The notes: generated from the letters alone by a model not told the origin. 64,000 nt of DNA from Gammaproteobacteria bacterium (GCA_029883265.1 JAOUJM010000001.1:10511-74510), one strand, 5' to 3'. Positions 51,052-61,676 are shown, counted from the stretch's first letter. A program made the numbers and translations.

Positions 51052-51852
51052 TTACTTATTTAGTGAAACAACTTTTAATGATTTGCGTTTATTCTGCTGT
51101 CCCAAGTAGGCTTTGCATTGAATTGTTTTGCCATGAATAACTATATTTACAGAATCATTCAACGATTGATCCAAGCGCAACACATCCCCGATTTTTAGAT
51201 TACGCAAATCATTAACACTGACTTCCGTCTGGCCAATCTCCACACTATACTGAATGCGTTTGGACCGCAGGGACTCATGAATACTGTTTAATTTTGCTTT
51301 TTCTTTTCTTGATTGATTATCTGCGACTAACAGGCTGCTGACCATTGTAGGCGCCATTACAACGCGTAGTTCTGCGAGCCCGAGACGAATCGACACCTGT
51401 ATCGCAGCTGAACCTTTGTAGAAATAATTGCTTGGCACAGTGGTGTCACTGGTTTGGTCAAAGGGCGCAACACGCACTTGCTCAATTTCTTTTTCACAAA
51501 GTCCGGCCCCCAAGTGTCGTAATGCGTCACGCAACACATGCGACATCAATTGACTATTTGAAAGATCAATTGATGTCGTCTTTGGTTCTGGAAACATTAA
51601 CGTTGTATAAAAATCTTTTTTAAAGCTTGCGCCCGTGCGAAACTCACACATAAACTCATTGTTCTCATCCATAAATGCATAGGCAATGGATGCATCGAGT
51701 GGTGGCAACGGATGATCAACATGTACAATGGCTATTTGACTATTAAGCATCCAGTCTTTTGCCCATTGCTCAAGTCTATTTTGTAGCTTTGTTTTAATAA
51801 CTTGTGCTCGTTTGGGACTGATCAGCACAAAAGAAGATATGTTTTTCATCAT
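51052..51852 (-). CDS. fliM: Short, divergent FliM-like switch/sorting-platform protein (C-terminal SpoA-type domain)
   Basis: 266 aa. C-terminal EIGQTEVSVNDLRNLKIGDVLRLDQSLNDSVNIVIHGKTIQCKAYLG. Position upstream of fliN. N-terminus lacks the LSQxEIDxLL-type CheY-binding peptide. Confidence 0.55.
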   Translation of the reverse strand: MMKNISSFVLISPKRAQVIKTKLQNRLEQWAKDWMLNSQIAIVHVDHPLPPLDASIAYAFMDENNEFMCEFRTGASFKKDFYTTLMFPEPKTTSIDLSNSQLMSHVLRDALRHLGAGLCEKEIEQVRVAPFDQTSDTTVPSNYFYKGSAAIQVSIRLGLAELRVVMAPTMVSSLLVADNQSRKEKAKLNSIHESLRSKRIQYSVEIGQTEVSVNDLRNLKIGDVLRLDQSLNDSVNIVIHGKTIQCKAYLGQQNKRKSLKVVSLNK

Positions 51853-53078
51853 TTCCTCATTGACTCAATGAGTTCTTGCATCATTTCATTTGCCGTGGTC
51901 AAAATTTGCGATGAGGCTTGAAATCCACGTTGCGTGATAATTAGATTGGCAAATTGAGTACTAATCTCAACATTAGACAATTCAATTTTTCCACTCACTA
52001 TTTCGCCCATGCCATCCTGTGTTGCTGATGAAATTGTTTTCTTCATACCGTCATCCGCTGAAAATATTCCACGTCCCAACTGTCTTAACGATTGCAAATC
52101 ATCAAACCAAGCAATAGCCAACTGGTTCAATTTCAGCTCCTCACCATTGGCGTAAGTGATGGTGAATACGCCTTCCCGGTCAAATGCCATATCGCGAATT
52201 GCCGACGCGGTTGAACCATTTTGTGATTTCACCGCCAAATCTGATCGGGTGCCGGCAGAAAACGAAGTTGCATTGGCAAAACTACCCGGTTCACCAAAAA
52301 ACAATTTAACAGACATTGTTTCTTGCCCTTCGGGTTGAAACTCAAATTCATATTGGTTAAATCCCTCCTCCGGCGTTCCATTGCTTTGAAATCGAATCTG
52401 TCCACCGGTGTTTATGGTTATTCCTTTACTATTTTGCACCTCTAGATTCCATTGATGGAGAAACGGCGTGGATTTGTCCTCAACCAGGATTAACTTCAAT
52501 TTATGTTCAGTCCCGGCCTTATCAAGAATGACAACGTCACTAACTTCATGACGGTTTGGTGTTGAACTCTCTGTTGATCGAGATAAGTTATTTGAAAACT
52601 TTATTTCTGTTGTTGCTCGGGGTGCAAGTGTGCGATAGGCATCAATATTAATTGTCTCGAGATTGTTTTTTGAATTTAGACTTAGGAGTTGGTAATTGCT
52701 TCCTAAACTAACAACATAACCATCTTTGTCGACTGAAAATTGTCCAGATCGACTATAATATTGTTGCCCCCCATCACTAACGATAAAAAAACCATTTCCT
52801 CTAACCGCAGCATCCAAGGAATTACCCGTATCGCGCAGTTCACCTTGACTAAATTGAATTGATGTCGAATGAGTCGCTACACCTTGACCAATTTGAGTGT
52901 GCGTTTTTCCCGAGTTTTGTTCATCGTTAAGTTGATACTGATAAAACAAATCCCTAAAAACCAAATCTGAGCCTTTAAAACCCGGCGTGTTGAGATTTGA
53001 AATATTATTACTAATGGAATCTAAACCTTTCGAATAAGCGCTTAATCCAGACATTCCGGTATACATGGCTCCAATCAT
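51849..53078 (-). CDS. flgE: Flagellar hook protein FlgE
   Basis: 409 aa. N-terminal MYTGMSGLSAYSKGLDSISNNISNLNTPGFK and C-terminal IITQRGFQASSQILTTANEMMQELI rod/hook signatures. Confidence 0.85.
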   Translation of the reverse strand: MIGAMYTGMSGLSAYSKGLDSISNNISNLNTPGFKGSDLVFRDLFYQYQLNDEQNSGKTHTQIGQGVATHSTSIQFSQGELRDTGNSLDAAVRGNGFFIVSDGGQQYYSRSGQFSVDKDGYVVSLGSNYQLLSLNSKNNLETINIDAYRTLAPRATTEIKFSNNLSRSTESSTPNRHEVSDVVILDKAGTEHKLKLILVEDKSTPFLHQWNLEVQNSKGITINTGGQIRFQSNGTPEEGFNQYEFEFQPEGQETMSVKLFFGEPGSFANATSFSAGTRSDLAVKSQNGSTASAIRDMAFDREGVFTITYANGEELKLNQLAIAWFDDLQSLRQLGRGIFSADDGMKKTISSATQDGMGEIVSGKIELSNVEISTQFANLIITQRGFQASSQILTTANEMMQELIESMRK

Positions 53079-53515
53079 GGTGCATCTCCTGTCGTTGCCT
53101 GAGTGACAAGTGAAATTTGTGAAAGACTGACATTAATATCCACTTGTTGGCTGGCATCACTTTTCACTGACAATCGTGGAACACCTTGTTCAAATCGAAT
53201 AGCAATGACATCACCAGTTTCTTTCCGTCCATCCGAGTAACCAACATCGACTTTTTTACCGATCAAACCGATGGCTTGATCCGATGATTGAATGGTTAGT
53301 GCCGCATCCAATTTTTCATTGAGTTGGCGCGATTGCTCTAAATTAGTAAACTGAGCAAGCTGTGCAATAAACTCTTGATTGTCCATTGGCTTAAGTGGAT
53401 CCTGGTAGGTCAATTGGTTGATCAAGATTTTGAACAAATCCTCTTGTCCTACACCAGCATTCTGTAATTGTGCTAGCGGGGTTGATATCACACCACCGAC
53501 AGTTTCGACAGCCAT
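53075..53515 (-). CDS. flgD: Flagellar hook capping/assembly protein FlgD
   Basis: 146 aa; FKILINQLTYQDPLKPMDNQEFIAQLAQFTNLEQ. Confidence 0.85.
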   Translation of the reverse strand: MAVETVGGVISTPLAQLQNAGVGQEDLFKILINQLTYQDPLKPMDNQEFIAQLAQFTNLEQSRQLNEKLDAALTIQSSDQAIGLIGKKVDVGYSDGRKETGDVIAIRFEQGVPRLSVKSDASQQVDINVSLSQISLVTQATTGDAP

Positions 53516-53527
53516 AAGTTTGCCTCC

Positions 53528-54208
53528 TTAATACAAAATATTAACCGAGCCATCGTTATTGACTGGCTCCGTTTGATGTTTTGATGGTTGATGAAAAACC
53601 AGTTGTTGGTTAACCTTCAGTCCTACCAATTTTTGATTGCTCCGTTGTAATTGTAATTGTGTCCATTGGAGCAAACGCTGAATATGATGTGTTTCAAGTG
53701 TAAGGTCATTAATGGCAACCAAGACACCTCCCTCCACTTTGGTCAATACGACCGGGTTTTTCTCACGCGACAATGGTTTATGTTGATTGTCGCTAGTGGG
53801 TTCCACCGGCTTTGCTTGTGGTCTTGCATTATTGACCACGAGCGAACGCATAGCTTGAGGAAAATCGGTGGTAGGCTTACTGGTTTGTGAAACAAATTCC
53901 TGTTGAATAGCGACCGAGACTGTTTTATTGGAAGCAACCTGATTGACACCTGAATTCGCGGTCTGTATGGCAATTGATGCGCTATCAATTGCGTCATAAG
54001 GTGAAGCACTGACTATTTGATTTACCACAACATGTTCGGTGGAAGGATTGGTATCGGGCGAGTTTTTTATTTGTGCATCAAATTGTCGTTGTTCATCAAA
54101 CCAGGCCTTTTCCCATTGATTCATCGCCTTGGATTTCTCGTTCTGATAGGAAATTATATTTTTCATTGCCAGTAATGGCATTGGATTTGTTTTCACAGAA
54201 TCAGTCAT
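53528..54208 (-). CDS. fliK: FliK-like hook-length control protein (weak)
   Basis: 226 aa, Q/N/P/S-rich, between fliJ and flgD. Call rests on position and composition. Confidence 0.4.
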   Translation of the reverse strand: MTDSVKTNPMPLLAMKNIISYQNEKSKAMNQWEKAWFDEQRQFDAQIKNSPDTNPSTEHVVVNQIVSASPYDAIDSASIAIQTANSGVNQVASNKTVSVAIQQEFVSQTSKPTTDFPQAMRSLVVNNARPQAKPVEPTSDNQHKPLSREKNPVVLTKVEGGVLVAINDLTLETHHIQRLLQWTQLQLQRSNQKLVGLKVNQQLVFHQPSKHQTEPVNNDGSVNILY

Positions 54209-54657
54209 TAGTGCGTGCCTCCATGTTTGAGTAACTGGAATTCGTCAGCTTGGCATTGTTCACTTTTTGAAGTCCGTTCTGAAATAGATTGCTGTTTTTT
54301 CTCGGCCAAATGATTGAGTGCACGTTCTTCTGACGAAATGCGCTTGCACTGTTGTTCGATCATTTGCAGTTTCTCTAGCTCATAGTCAAATAGTCGCTTG
54401 AGTTGATCGTAGCGATGACGTTGTGCGCGTATGAATTGCGGATAACTAAGCATGCTAGTCAATGCCAATTGTTGTTTGCTTTGCAAGCAATCTCGATAAT
54501 CGGACTCACTTTGTTTGATGATGTGTAAACATTGATCCATTGCACCTTCAATATTTTGAGTTTTTACACGCTGTTGATTACGCTGCTGAACTTGCTTCTG
54601 TAGCTCAAAGGATCGAATCATAGCAAGGCGAATGAATATTTGTTTTTGTCTATTCAT
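54208..54657 (-). CDS. fliJ: Flagellar export chaperone/stalk protein FliJ
   Basis: 149-aa coiled-coil protein directly downstream of fliI. Confidence 0.65.
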   Translation of the reverse strand: MNRQKQIFIRLAMIRSFELQKQVQQRNQQRVKTQNIEGAMDQCLHIIKQSESDYRDCLQSKQQLALTSMLSYPQFIRAQRHRYDQLKRLFDYELEKLQMIEQQCKRISSEERALNHLAEKKQQSISERTSKSEQCQADEFQLLKHGGTH

Positions 54658-55993
54658 TGGGAATCCTTGCCGACGCTTGTGAATCCTTAAGTAACTGCTT
54701 TAAGTCCTTGTATCCATCAGCTAGGCTACAGTGGTCGCTGGTTTTTTGCTGTGCAAATTGGTCAAACTCCGCTTTAAAGCGAATCGCACGATCCAAAACT
54801 GCATTCCCACCCGCTTGATACACGCCAAGTTCGACCATGTCGCGGGACTTTTCGTAGCTGGCTAACAACTTCATAACATCGTTACAAATACTGGCCTGTT
54901 CTTCGGTATGCAAACTCGAACTCAGACGACTATGACTTTGCAACACGTCAATTGCAGGAAAGTGTCGTTTATTCGCATAATCACGCGATAACACTATATG
55001 TCCATCCAAAATCGCTCGCACACTGTCACTGACGGGCTCATTCAAATCATCACCTTCGACTAGCACCGTATAAATCCCGGTAATCGAGCCTTTGCCTTTT
55101 ATGCCACCGCAACGTTCCAGTAATCGGGGCAAATGTGTGAACACCGTGGGTGTATATCCTCTTGCGGTGGGAGGCTCTCCGATGGATAGACCGATTTCCC
55201 GCTGCGCCATTGCAAACCGGGTAATAGAATCCATGGTCAACAAAACGTGTAAACCCTGCTCACGATAATATTCCGCAATCCGTGTCGCCGTGTATGCGGC
55301 ATGCACACGTTCGAGCGGTGATTGGTCTGAGGTTGAAACAATGACAACTGATTTTTTTAGAGTGTCTGCGTCGAGATTTTCTTCAACAAACTCCATGGCC
55401 TCACGACCGCGTTCACCCACTAGTGCAATTATATTGACGTCGGCATCCGAGCAGCGGGAAATCATACCTAACAAAGAACTTTTCCCTATTCCGCTGCCGG
55501 AAAATATGCCAATGCGCTGACCTCGACCAATACTTAACAAGGTATCAATCACCGCTACACCGGTGTGTATTTGTGTGTCAATACGCGAACGCGCAAGTGG
55601 GTTGATCTCAGGCTGATACAATTCTATTCGTTGATTACAATCGTGAAGATCTTCACCGTCTAAGGGTTCACCGAATGCATTAAGTACGCGCCCCAAAAGA
55701 CCTCTACCCACATTAAGTTGAGTTGTACGGCCCAACGCGATCACCTCTGCACCCAGGCGAATACCACGAATATCGCCATGGGGCATGAGTAAAACACGAT
55801 TGTTTTTTATACCCACAACCTCTGCCATCACTTGATGTCGCTGTGAGGAATGGATTTGACAGAGCTCTCCGAGAAAGACTTCTGGACCGACGGATTCAAT
55901 AATCAAACCAAAAAACTGCGTCACTTTGCCAACCGACTTAACCAGGCGTTTGTCTTTAATCGCTTGTTTTAAGCTATGCAACTGAGCATTCAA
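54650..55993 (-). CDS. fliI: Flagellum-specific ATPase FliI
   Basis: 447 aa. Walker A GSGIGKSSLLGMI, Walker B HVLLTMDS, F1/T3SS ATPase pattern. Confidence 0.92.
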   Translation of the reverse strand: MNAQLHSLKQAIKDKRLVKSVGKVTQFFGLIIESVGPEVFLGELCQIHSSQRHQVMAEVVGIKNNRVLLMPHGDIRGIRLGAEVIALGRTTQLNVGRGLLGRVLNAFGEPLDGEDLHDCNQRIELYQPEINPLARSRIDTQIHTGVAVIDTLLSIGRGQRIGIFSGSGIGKSSLLGMISRCSDADVNIIALVGERGREAMEFVEENLDADTLKKSVVIVSTSDQSPLERVHAAYTATRIAEYYREQGLHVLLTMDSITRFAMAQREIGLSIGEPPTARGYTPTVFTHLPRLLERCGGIKGKGSITGIYTVLVEGDDLNEPVSDSVRAILDGHIVLSRDYANKRHFPAIDVLQSHSRLSSSLHTEEQASICNDVMKLLASYEKSRDMVELGVYQAGGNAVLDRAIRFKAEFDQFAQQKTSDHCSLADGYKDLKQLLKDSQASARIPNE

Positions 55994-56745
55994 ACGTCTT
56001 GTCCCTCTTGTTGGTTTTCCAACAATACCTTTTTCAATTCTTCGAGTTGTTGTTCTAATCGAGCATCTAAACTACCTTGATCAAGCTGAATAATGCAGCC
56101 ACCGTATCTAACCCGTTCATCGGCTACTAGTGGGTACGTCAAGGAAAGGCATGGTGAATCACTTGTCTCATGCACCAACATCTCGTAATCCTGAGGAGAC
56201 ACCAGCACCTCAATGACCTGTTGATTAGTCACTTGCTGGATAGCGTGATTAATAGCCGCGCGACTGAACGTTTTATTAGCGAGTGATTCACCAACTATTT
56301 TACTGATGCTCACCATAACTACATCGAGCAATTCATCACTCATGGCCTGCAAATAACGTTGTTTCTCATCATTGATAGTACCCAATAGTGTTTCTAACGA
56401 GACTAATTTTGAGTTCATCTCTTTGGTTGCATCTTCTAACCCGCGGGCATACGCTTCATCGTAAGCTTTTTTGCAAGCTTCTTCCTGGTCTAGTCTCAAT
56501 CCGTCATTCAAAACATCGACTTGTTGTTTTAACTCCACGTTGTCTAGTTTAAGCTGCGTATTTTGTGCTACCACTAATTGGTAGTCGTCCTGCGAAATAG
56601 TAGATTTGGGGGCGAAGTCTATTGCTTCCACTAGCGTGGAAGTGGTGTGAGATAACACAGTAGGTTTATTGAATGTCCTACCCAAAATGACTTTGTTGCA
56701 CTCATCAAATACGGGTGAAGTAATTACTTTTTTTAATTCCGTCAT
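55990..56745 (-). CDS. fliH: Flagellar assembly protein FliH
   Basis: 251 aa, coiled-coil + C-terminal domain, overlaps the fliI start. Call rests on position and architecture. Confidence 0.7.
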   Translation of the reverse strand: MTELKKVITSPVFDECNKVILGRTFNKPTVLSHTTSTLVEAIDFAPKSTISQDDYQLVVAQNTQLKLDNVELKQQVDVLNDGLRLDQEEACKKAYDEAYARGLEDATKEMNSKLVSLETLLGTINDEKQRYLQAMSDELLDVVMVSISKIVGESLANKTFSRAAINHAIQQVTNQQVIEVLVSPQDYEMLVHETSDSPCLSLTYPLVADERVRYGGCIIQLDQGSLDARLEQQLEELKKVLLENQQEGQDV

Positions 56746-56778
56746 GGTTTGTACGCGCCTATTCTTTTTACCACAGGG

Positions 56779-57270
56779 TTAATTGATAGTAGAAATTGAA
56801 TTTGGATCCGACTCTAGTACCAACGCCCTTATTAATGATGCTTGTAATTTTCCTGGAAGGCGTGGTAACACGTCATCACCGTTCGTCAATACTTTCAGTT
56901 GTCTCCGTCGCTTTGATTGATTGATATATTCCGCCTTCCAAGGCCATTCTTTCATATTTACCACTTGGGCACTCACATGTATGGATTCACTATCCAGAAT
57001 TGCCTGCACATCAAGCAATTTAACTTTTGCAAGGATTTCTTCTTCTAAACTCGTCGCCGAAAAGGCCTTCTTTTGCAGAGAGGTATCACATGTTTGCAAT
57101 ACTTGTTGCAATAATAATTCGTCTTTTGGAATCCCAATACTTTCTAATTCTTCCAAGGCTGTTTCAATCGCCGGCTGATACAAATCGGGTATCGACTCCA
57201 ATAGCCACTGCTGATCTTTAGGATCAAGTGAATACAAAACCATCGCTATTCTTTTCGTTACTTGCATCAA
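56779..57270 (-). CDS. fliG: Short FliG-like protein (N-terminal-domain-like only, 163 aa)
   Basis: Occupies the fliG slot between fliF and fliH. RIAMVLYSLDPKDQQWLLESIP resembles the FliG N-domain. No MFxF / C-terminal torque-domain motifs. Only 33 nt to the fliH start. Confidence 0.45.
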   Translation of the reverse strand: MMQVTKRIAMVLYSLDPKDQQWLLESIPDLYQPAIETALEELESIGIPKDELLLQQVLQTCDTSLQKKAFSATSLEEEILAKVKLLDVQAILDSESIHVSAQVVNMKEWPWKAEYINQSKRRRQLKVLTNGDDVLPRLPGKLQASLIRALVLESDPNSISTIN

Positions 57271-58751
57271 CGTGCTTCCCTCAAAACACCATTTTCATCT
57301 GCTTCCAACCAATGATTAATTTGTAACAACAGTTTATTTCGTTCTGATTCACTCAAGCGTTTTCGTTGGTTAATTAATTTGAACGCCAACAAAATGATGA
57401 TTAGCACAAGAAAAAAAAGACCGGCAAACACAGCCACAATTTGGTTTCGACTCGTTGTCCAATAGTGCTGCACACGTGCTTTGATCTGCTCAAGTAACCA
57501 ACTGTCGCTCGCGTCTGCGTCGACTGGTTGAATGGGTTGTGACAGCGTGTTCTGGACGAGTGGTTGTGGAGGTACTGGTTCCGCAATAGCAACAGGTACT
57601 TCTAGTTGATCGTCATGATCCGTAAAAAATCCATATTCAATTGCATGAACCACCACCTTGTCGCCACGGGCATCATCAAGACCCGCTGCCATTGCCACCA
57701 GCTCTTGTATTTTCTTGATTTGGCGCGAGCTGGTATCTTCAGGCACTGATACGCCGATGCTTATATTTTTAATGGAGCCAGGCTCGCTGATTATCAGATC
57801 CACTTTTTTGCCGAATTGGTATTCTATTTCTGTAATTGATTGAGGCTCAGCATTCTCCGAGTTATTGTTGTCGCTTCGCTTGATTTCTTTCCTTCGGATC
57901 ACTCCACGATTTTTTGAATCAACCGGTATGTAGTCTTCGCGAGTGGTTTTGGTTTGGCGGTAATCCAGATTGACATTAACCCCCACAACACTTTGGTTAG
58001 GTCCTAGCGATTGCTCGAGCACTTTTTCTATTTTCCTTGTAAGATAATTCTCTAGCTCCTGTTTTCGTTTTAGTCGGGAACTAATGTTTACCACTGCTTG
58101 ATCGGTTTCAATATTATTGCTGATTGTATTTCCATCCTGGTCAATGACAACAACATTGTGCTCACTCATATGATCCACAGCATTTGCAACTAGTTTTTGG
58201 ATCCCTATAATTTGCCGTTCAGCAAGACGGGATCCTGATTTTAGAAATACTGTCACCGACGCGCTTGATTCCGTTTTCTTCTTTGAAAATAGTTTGGTTT
58301 GCGGAATCATTAGATGAACACGCGCATGTCGTATTTCTTCAATTGAGGAAATAGTACGCGCAAGCTCACCCTGCATAGCGCGTTGGTAATTAATTTTTTG
58401 TACAAATTCAGTCATTCCAAAATCGGACTTGTCAAATAATTCCAAACCTACCCCACCACCAAAGGTCACATTAGCGCCTGCCAGTTTTAGCCGTGTTTCA
58501 TGAACCTTGTCTTGGGGTATTAATAACGCGGTGCCATTCTGGCTGATTCGATAAGGAACTTTTTGATTCTCTAGTTCAGCGATGACTTTTGCCGCATCCT
58601 GAGGTGCTAACTCGGAAAAGAGTAAGCCGTATTCTGTTTTAAGCAGCCAAAATAGAGACGAAACAATTACTCCCACAATAATTACGCCGCCCAGAATGAG
58701 TATTAGGTTCTTAGTCGTTGGTTGTTGATCTGTTTTTAATATGCTTGGCAT
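57267..58751 (-). CDS. fliF: Flagellar MS-ring protein FliF
   Basis: 494 aa. N-terminal TM, INYQRAMQGELARTISSIEEIRHARVHL signature, C-terminal TM. Confidence 0.9.
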   Translation of the reverse strand: MPSILKTDQQPTTKNLILILGGVIIVGVIVSSLFWLLKTEYGLLFSELAPQDAAKVIAELENQKVPYRISQNGTALLIPQDKVHETRLKLAGANVTFGGGVGLELFDKSDFGMTEFVQKINYQRAMQGELARTISSIEEIRHARVHLMIPQTKLFSKKKTESSASVTVFLKSGSRLAERQIIGIQKLVANAVDHMSEHNVVVIDQDGNTISNNIETDQAVVNISSRLKRKQELENYLTRKIEKVLEQSLGPNQSVVGVNVNLDYRQTKTTREDYIPVDSKNRGVIRRKEIKRSDNNNSENAEPQSITEIEYQFGKKVDLIISEPGSIKNISIGVSVPEDTSSRQIKKIQELVAMAAGLDDARGDKVVVHAIEYGFFTDHDDQLEVPVAIAEPVPPQPLVQNTLSQPIQPVDADASDSWLLEQIKARVQHYWTTSRNQIVAVFAGLFFLVLIIILLAFKLINQRKRLSESERNKLLLQINHWLEADENGVLREAR

Positions 58752-58760
58752 GATAATCCT

Positions 58761-59081
58761 CTACACTTGCATGCGCATAATTTCCTGATAACCTTCAAGC
58801 AATTTGTTTCGAACTTGAATGGCCAGTTGTAATTCAGTTTTAGCTTTCTCTAGCGACAACATGACGTGATGTAAGTTGTTTGTTTCGCCTGTTGCCAGTG
58901 CCATAAGCTGAGACTCGGCTTGTTGTATATTTTGATTTAAATGGCCCGTACCCTGATTAAGCCATATCGCAAAATCACTATTCGGCTGCGAGACATTTGC
59001 AGTCATCCCATTTCCCTCAAGACTGGGTAACAACATTTGCGAATTGATACTGGTTAGGTTGATCGGTTCTACTGCCATCAC
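58761..59081 (-). CDS. fliE: Flagellar hook-basal body protein FliE
   Basis: 106 aa; C-terminal AIQVRNKLLEGYQEIMRMQV. Confidence 0.85.
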   Translation of the reverse strand: MMAVEPINLTSINSQMLLPSLEGNGMTANVSQPNSDFAIWLNQGTGHLNQNIQQAESQLMALATGETNNLHHVMLSLEKAKTELQLAIQVRNKLLEGYQEIMRMQV

Positions 59082-59512
59082 TATCTCCCAATTTCTAGTG
59101 CGCGGTTCGCCATGGATTTTGCAGCATTCATCGCCGCCACGTTTGCATCATAGGTTCTTAATGCCTGTAACATCGTGACCATTTCCGATACGGTATTAAT
59201 ATTTGGATAGGCAACATAACCCTTATCATCCGCATGAGGGTGACTTGGATCATAAACCAACTTCGGTTCGACATTGTCCGGTTGTACACTAAACGCAGTA
59301 ACACCTTGTGGATTGATCTGCTGTTTTAACAGTATTTTATTAAACGTTGAATCAATCGGTACGTTGGAGATAACGCGTAATGGTCGATATGTTTCACTCG
59401 CATTCTTTGCACTCACATTGGCATTTGCTAGATTCATGGCCACCGTGTCCAATCGAAGTTTTTCTAGTGCCATGCCTGATGCGCTAATTTGAAAAGCGGA
59501 TAAATAATCCAT
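59081..59512 (-). CDS. flgC: Flagellar proximal rod protein FlgC
   Basis: 143 aa; FQISASGMALEKLRLDTVAMNLANANV ... YPNINTVSEMVTMLQALRTYDANV. Confidence 0.9.
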   Translation of the reverse strand: MDYLSAFQISASGMALEKLRLDTVAMNLANANVSAKNASETYRPLRVISNVPIDSTFNKILLKQQINPQGVTAFSVQPDNVEPKLVYDPSHPHADDKGYVAYPNINTVSEMVTMLQALRTYDANVAAMNAAKSMANRALEIGR

Positions 59513-59514
59513 AA

Positions 59515-59910
59515 CTAACTCCTGACATCTTCTTTAATAGCCATTTTTAACAAGGAACCGTATTTGCTCAACCCCTCTAATAGTGCTTTATAGTGCAAGG
59601 TGTTGTCTGCCAGTTTTGCCATTTCCATATCAAGCTGTACTTTTTGCTCACCGGTTTGAAGCAAGCCTTCTCCATTATTTAATTGATTGCGCAGAGAACT
59701 AATATGTTCATCGATAGATTGTTCCGCGCCATCGCCTGCGATGTGTTCACTCAACTGTCTCAGATAGGGCTCGAACGCCAGGGTTTGTGGTTTGAACCCA
59801 TCGGTATTTGCATTAGCAATATTATTAGCGATGACCTTATGTTGCATAACCGAGGCATCAAGCGCCAGTTTGACCACCTCAGCGGTGATACTAGAAATTC
59901 CTTCAGTCAT
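59515..59910 (-). CDS. flgB: Flagellar proximal rod protein FlgB
   Basis: 131 aa; QHKVIANNIANANTDGFK. Confidence 0.85.
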   Translation of the reverse strand: MTEGISSITAEVVKLALDASVMQHKVIANNIANANTDGFKPQTLAFEPYLRQLSEHIAGDGAEQSIDEHISSLRNQLNNGEGLLQTGEQKVQLDMEMAKLADNTLHYKALLEGLSKYGSLLKMAIKEDVRS

Positions 59911-59959
59911 TTATTTTCCTTCTACTGTTGTTTCAAACATTGACAGAATCTGCCTGTGG

Positions 59960-61108
59960 CTATTGAATAATAATTTCTGCATGTAAACTGCCTGCTCGTT
60001 TAATGGATTGTAATATTGTAATGATATCCCGACTTGATGCTTTTACTTGATACAACGCGGTGACTAAATCCATGACCGTGGAATGACCGGACAAAGACAC
60101 GAGCAATGGATCATCCTCTTTCACTTCAAGCGTGGATTTGGGCACAATTGCAGTTCTAACATCACTGCCGCTTTGACGAACGAACATGGGTTGTGAAACA
60201 CTGTAATCAGTACTAATGGATACATTCAAATCACCGTGAGTGATACTCACTGGCGATATTTTTACATTCCCACCGGCAACCACCGTACCCGTACGTTCAT
60301 TGACCACAACTTTTGCGCTTACATCTGGTTGAACTTTTGTATTTTCAATCTTGGTGATGAATCCAACCACATTATTTCGATCTTGACGAGGCACACGAAT
60401 TTGAATTCGTCCGGCATTGCTTGCTTTAGCTAACGATTGACCAAACGCTTGTTGTAAGGCTTCAACAATACGGCTAGACGTTGTGAAATCCGGATTTGCC
60501 AGAACAAACTCGATAAAACCTTCGTCATTGACCAATGTGGTTTGCGCAGATTGCTCAACGATAGCGCCATTGGGAACATAACCAGCGGTAGGATGATTTT
60601 TTTGAACAAGATTTCCGTTTAGGTCATAACTAAAACCACCGACCGATATTTGGCCTTGCGCTAACGCAAAGATTCGCCCACCTGGGCCAATGAGGTGTGC
60701 ACGCAACAAGGTACCACCCACTAAACTACGCGCATCTCCCATCGACGTAATATTAACATCCAGTTTATCACCCGATCCTGCAAAAGGAGGTAAGATCGCG
60801 GTAACCATTACGGAAGCCACATTACGTCCCCGCACTTGTTTGGGCACAACATTTACGCCAAACGCTTTCAAAACATTGGCAACTGATTGGTAAGTGGCAG
60901 CACTTCGGGTGGAATCACCGGTGCCAGCGAGACCAGTGACTAAACCATAGCCCACCAACATATTGTCTCGTGCTTCGGCAATGCGTCCGAGTTCTTTTAT
61001 ACGTATTGTTAAATCTATTTCACCATTGTCTTCGGCATGAGTAACCGTGCCTGCAAAACAACACAAGAGCACGAGAATGATTTGAATAATTTTTCTAGTC
61101 TGTTTCAT
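59960..61108 (-). CDS. flgI: Flagellar P-ring protein FlgI
   Basis: 382 aa. Signal peptide; RDNMLVGYGLVTGLAGTGDS ... ITILQSIKRAGSLHAEIIIQ. Confidence 0.92.
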   Translation of the reverse strand: MKQTRKIIQIILVLLCCFAGTVTHAEDNGEIDLTIRIKELGRIAEARDNMLVGYGLVTGLAGTGDSTRSAATYQSVANVLKAFGVNVVPKQVRGRNVASVMVTAILPPFAGSGDKLDVNITSMGDARSLVGGTLLRAHLIGPGGRIFALAQGQISVGGFSYDLNGNLVQKNHPTAGYVPNGAIVEQSAQTTLVNDEGFIEFVLANPDFTTSSRIVEALQQAFGQSLAKASNAGRIQIRVPRQDRNNVVGFITKIENTKVQPDVSAKVVVNERTGTVVAGGNVKISPVSITHGDLNVSISTDYSVSQPMFVRQSGSDVRTAIVPKSTLEVKEDDPLLVSLSGHSTVMDLVTALYQVKASSRDIITILQSIKRAGSLHAEIIIQ

Positions 61109-61109
61109 G

Positions 61110-61676
61110 TTAAAACAACCAATTAAATATGCGAGTTATAATGCCTGGTTTACCGCGAGAGCTAATGAGCCCCTCACCACTAAATTCAATTTCTGCATCT
61201 GCCATTCGACTGGACAATATGGTGTTATCACTGGCGATATCCTGGGGTCTTACTCGACCATACACACTTATTTTTTGGGTATCGTTGTTAAAATCAATAT
61301 ACTGCTCACCTTCGACAATTAATTCACCGTTGTTTAATTTTTCACTAACGGACACGGAAACGGTTGCAACCAGCTTTCCCGCTTGTTTACTACTACCACT
61401 CCCGCCAAAATCATTTGATATATCCAAACCTGCCCCAAGATTCGAAATCTTATCAAACGCCGATATACCAACATCACTGGATTTTTTTGTATCCGTTTGT
61501 GTTGATGTCGTCGCGGAAGCCACTTCATAAATCATGACTGTTAATAAATCGCCAACCTTGTAGCTGCGGTGATCGCCGGTTAAGGACTTGTAACTTGATT
61601 CACTATATAAACTGCCCGCTAGGGCTGTGTTTTGAATAAGCAATAAAAGTAAAACAACATTAACTATTGTCTTCAT
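61110..61676 (-). CDS. flgH: Flagellar L-ring protein FlgH
   Basis: 188 aa. Signal peptide (no lipobox Cys seen); VGDLLTVMIYEVASATTSTQTDTKKSS ... GNGELIVEGEQ...ISVYGRVRPQDI. Confidence 0.85.
   Translation of the reverse strand: MKTIVNVVLLLLLIQNTALAGSLYSESSYKSLTGDHRSYKVGDLLTVMIYEVASATTSTQTDTKKSSDVGISAFDKISNLGAGLDISNDFGGSGSSKQAGKLVATVSVSVSEKLNNGELIVEGEQYIDFNNDTQKISVYGRVRPQDIASDNTILSSRMADAEIEFSGEGLISSRGKPGIITRIFNWLF

Noticed and set aside
53743-54009. 88-aa alternative-frame ORF and a plus-strand 77-aa ORF inside the fliK-like gene
   Set aside because: Fully overlapped by the longer ORF that fits the fliJ-fliK-flgD gene order; treated as shadows.
56745-57270. Possibility that the short FliG-like gene is a frameshifted full-length fliG
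   Set aside because: Only 33 nt separate its stop from the fliH start, and its own start overlaps the fliF stop. There is no room for a missing ~170-codon C-terminal half, so the gene is genuinely short rather than a simple frameshift.
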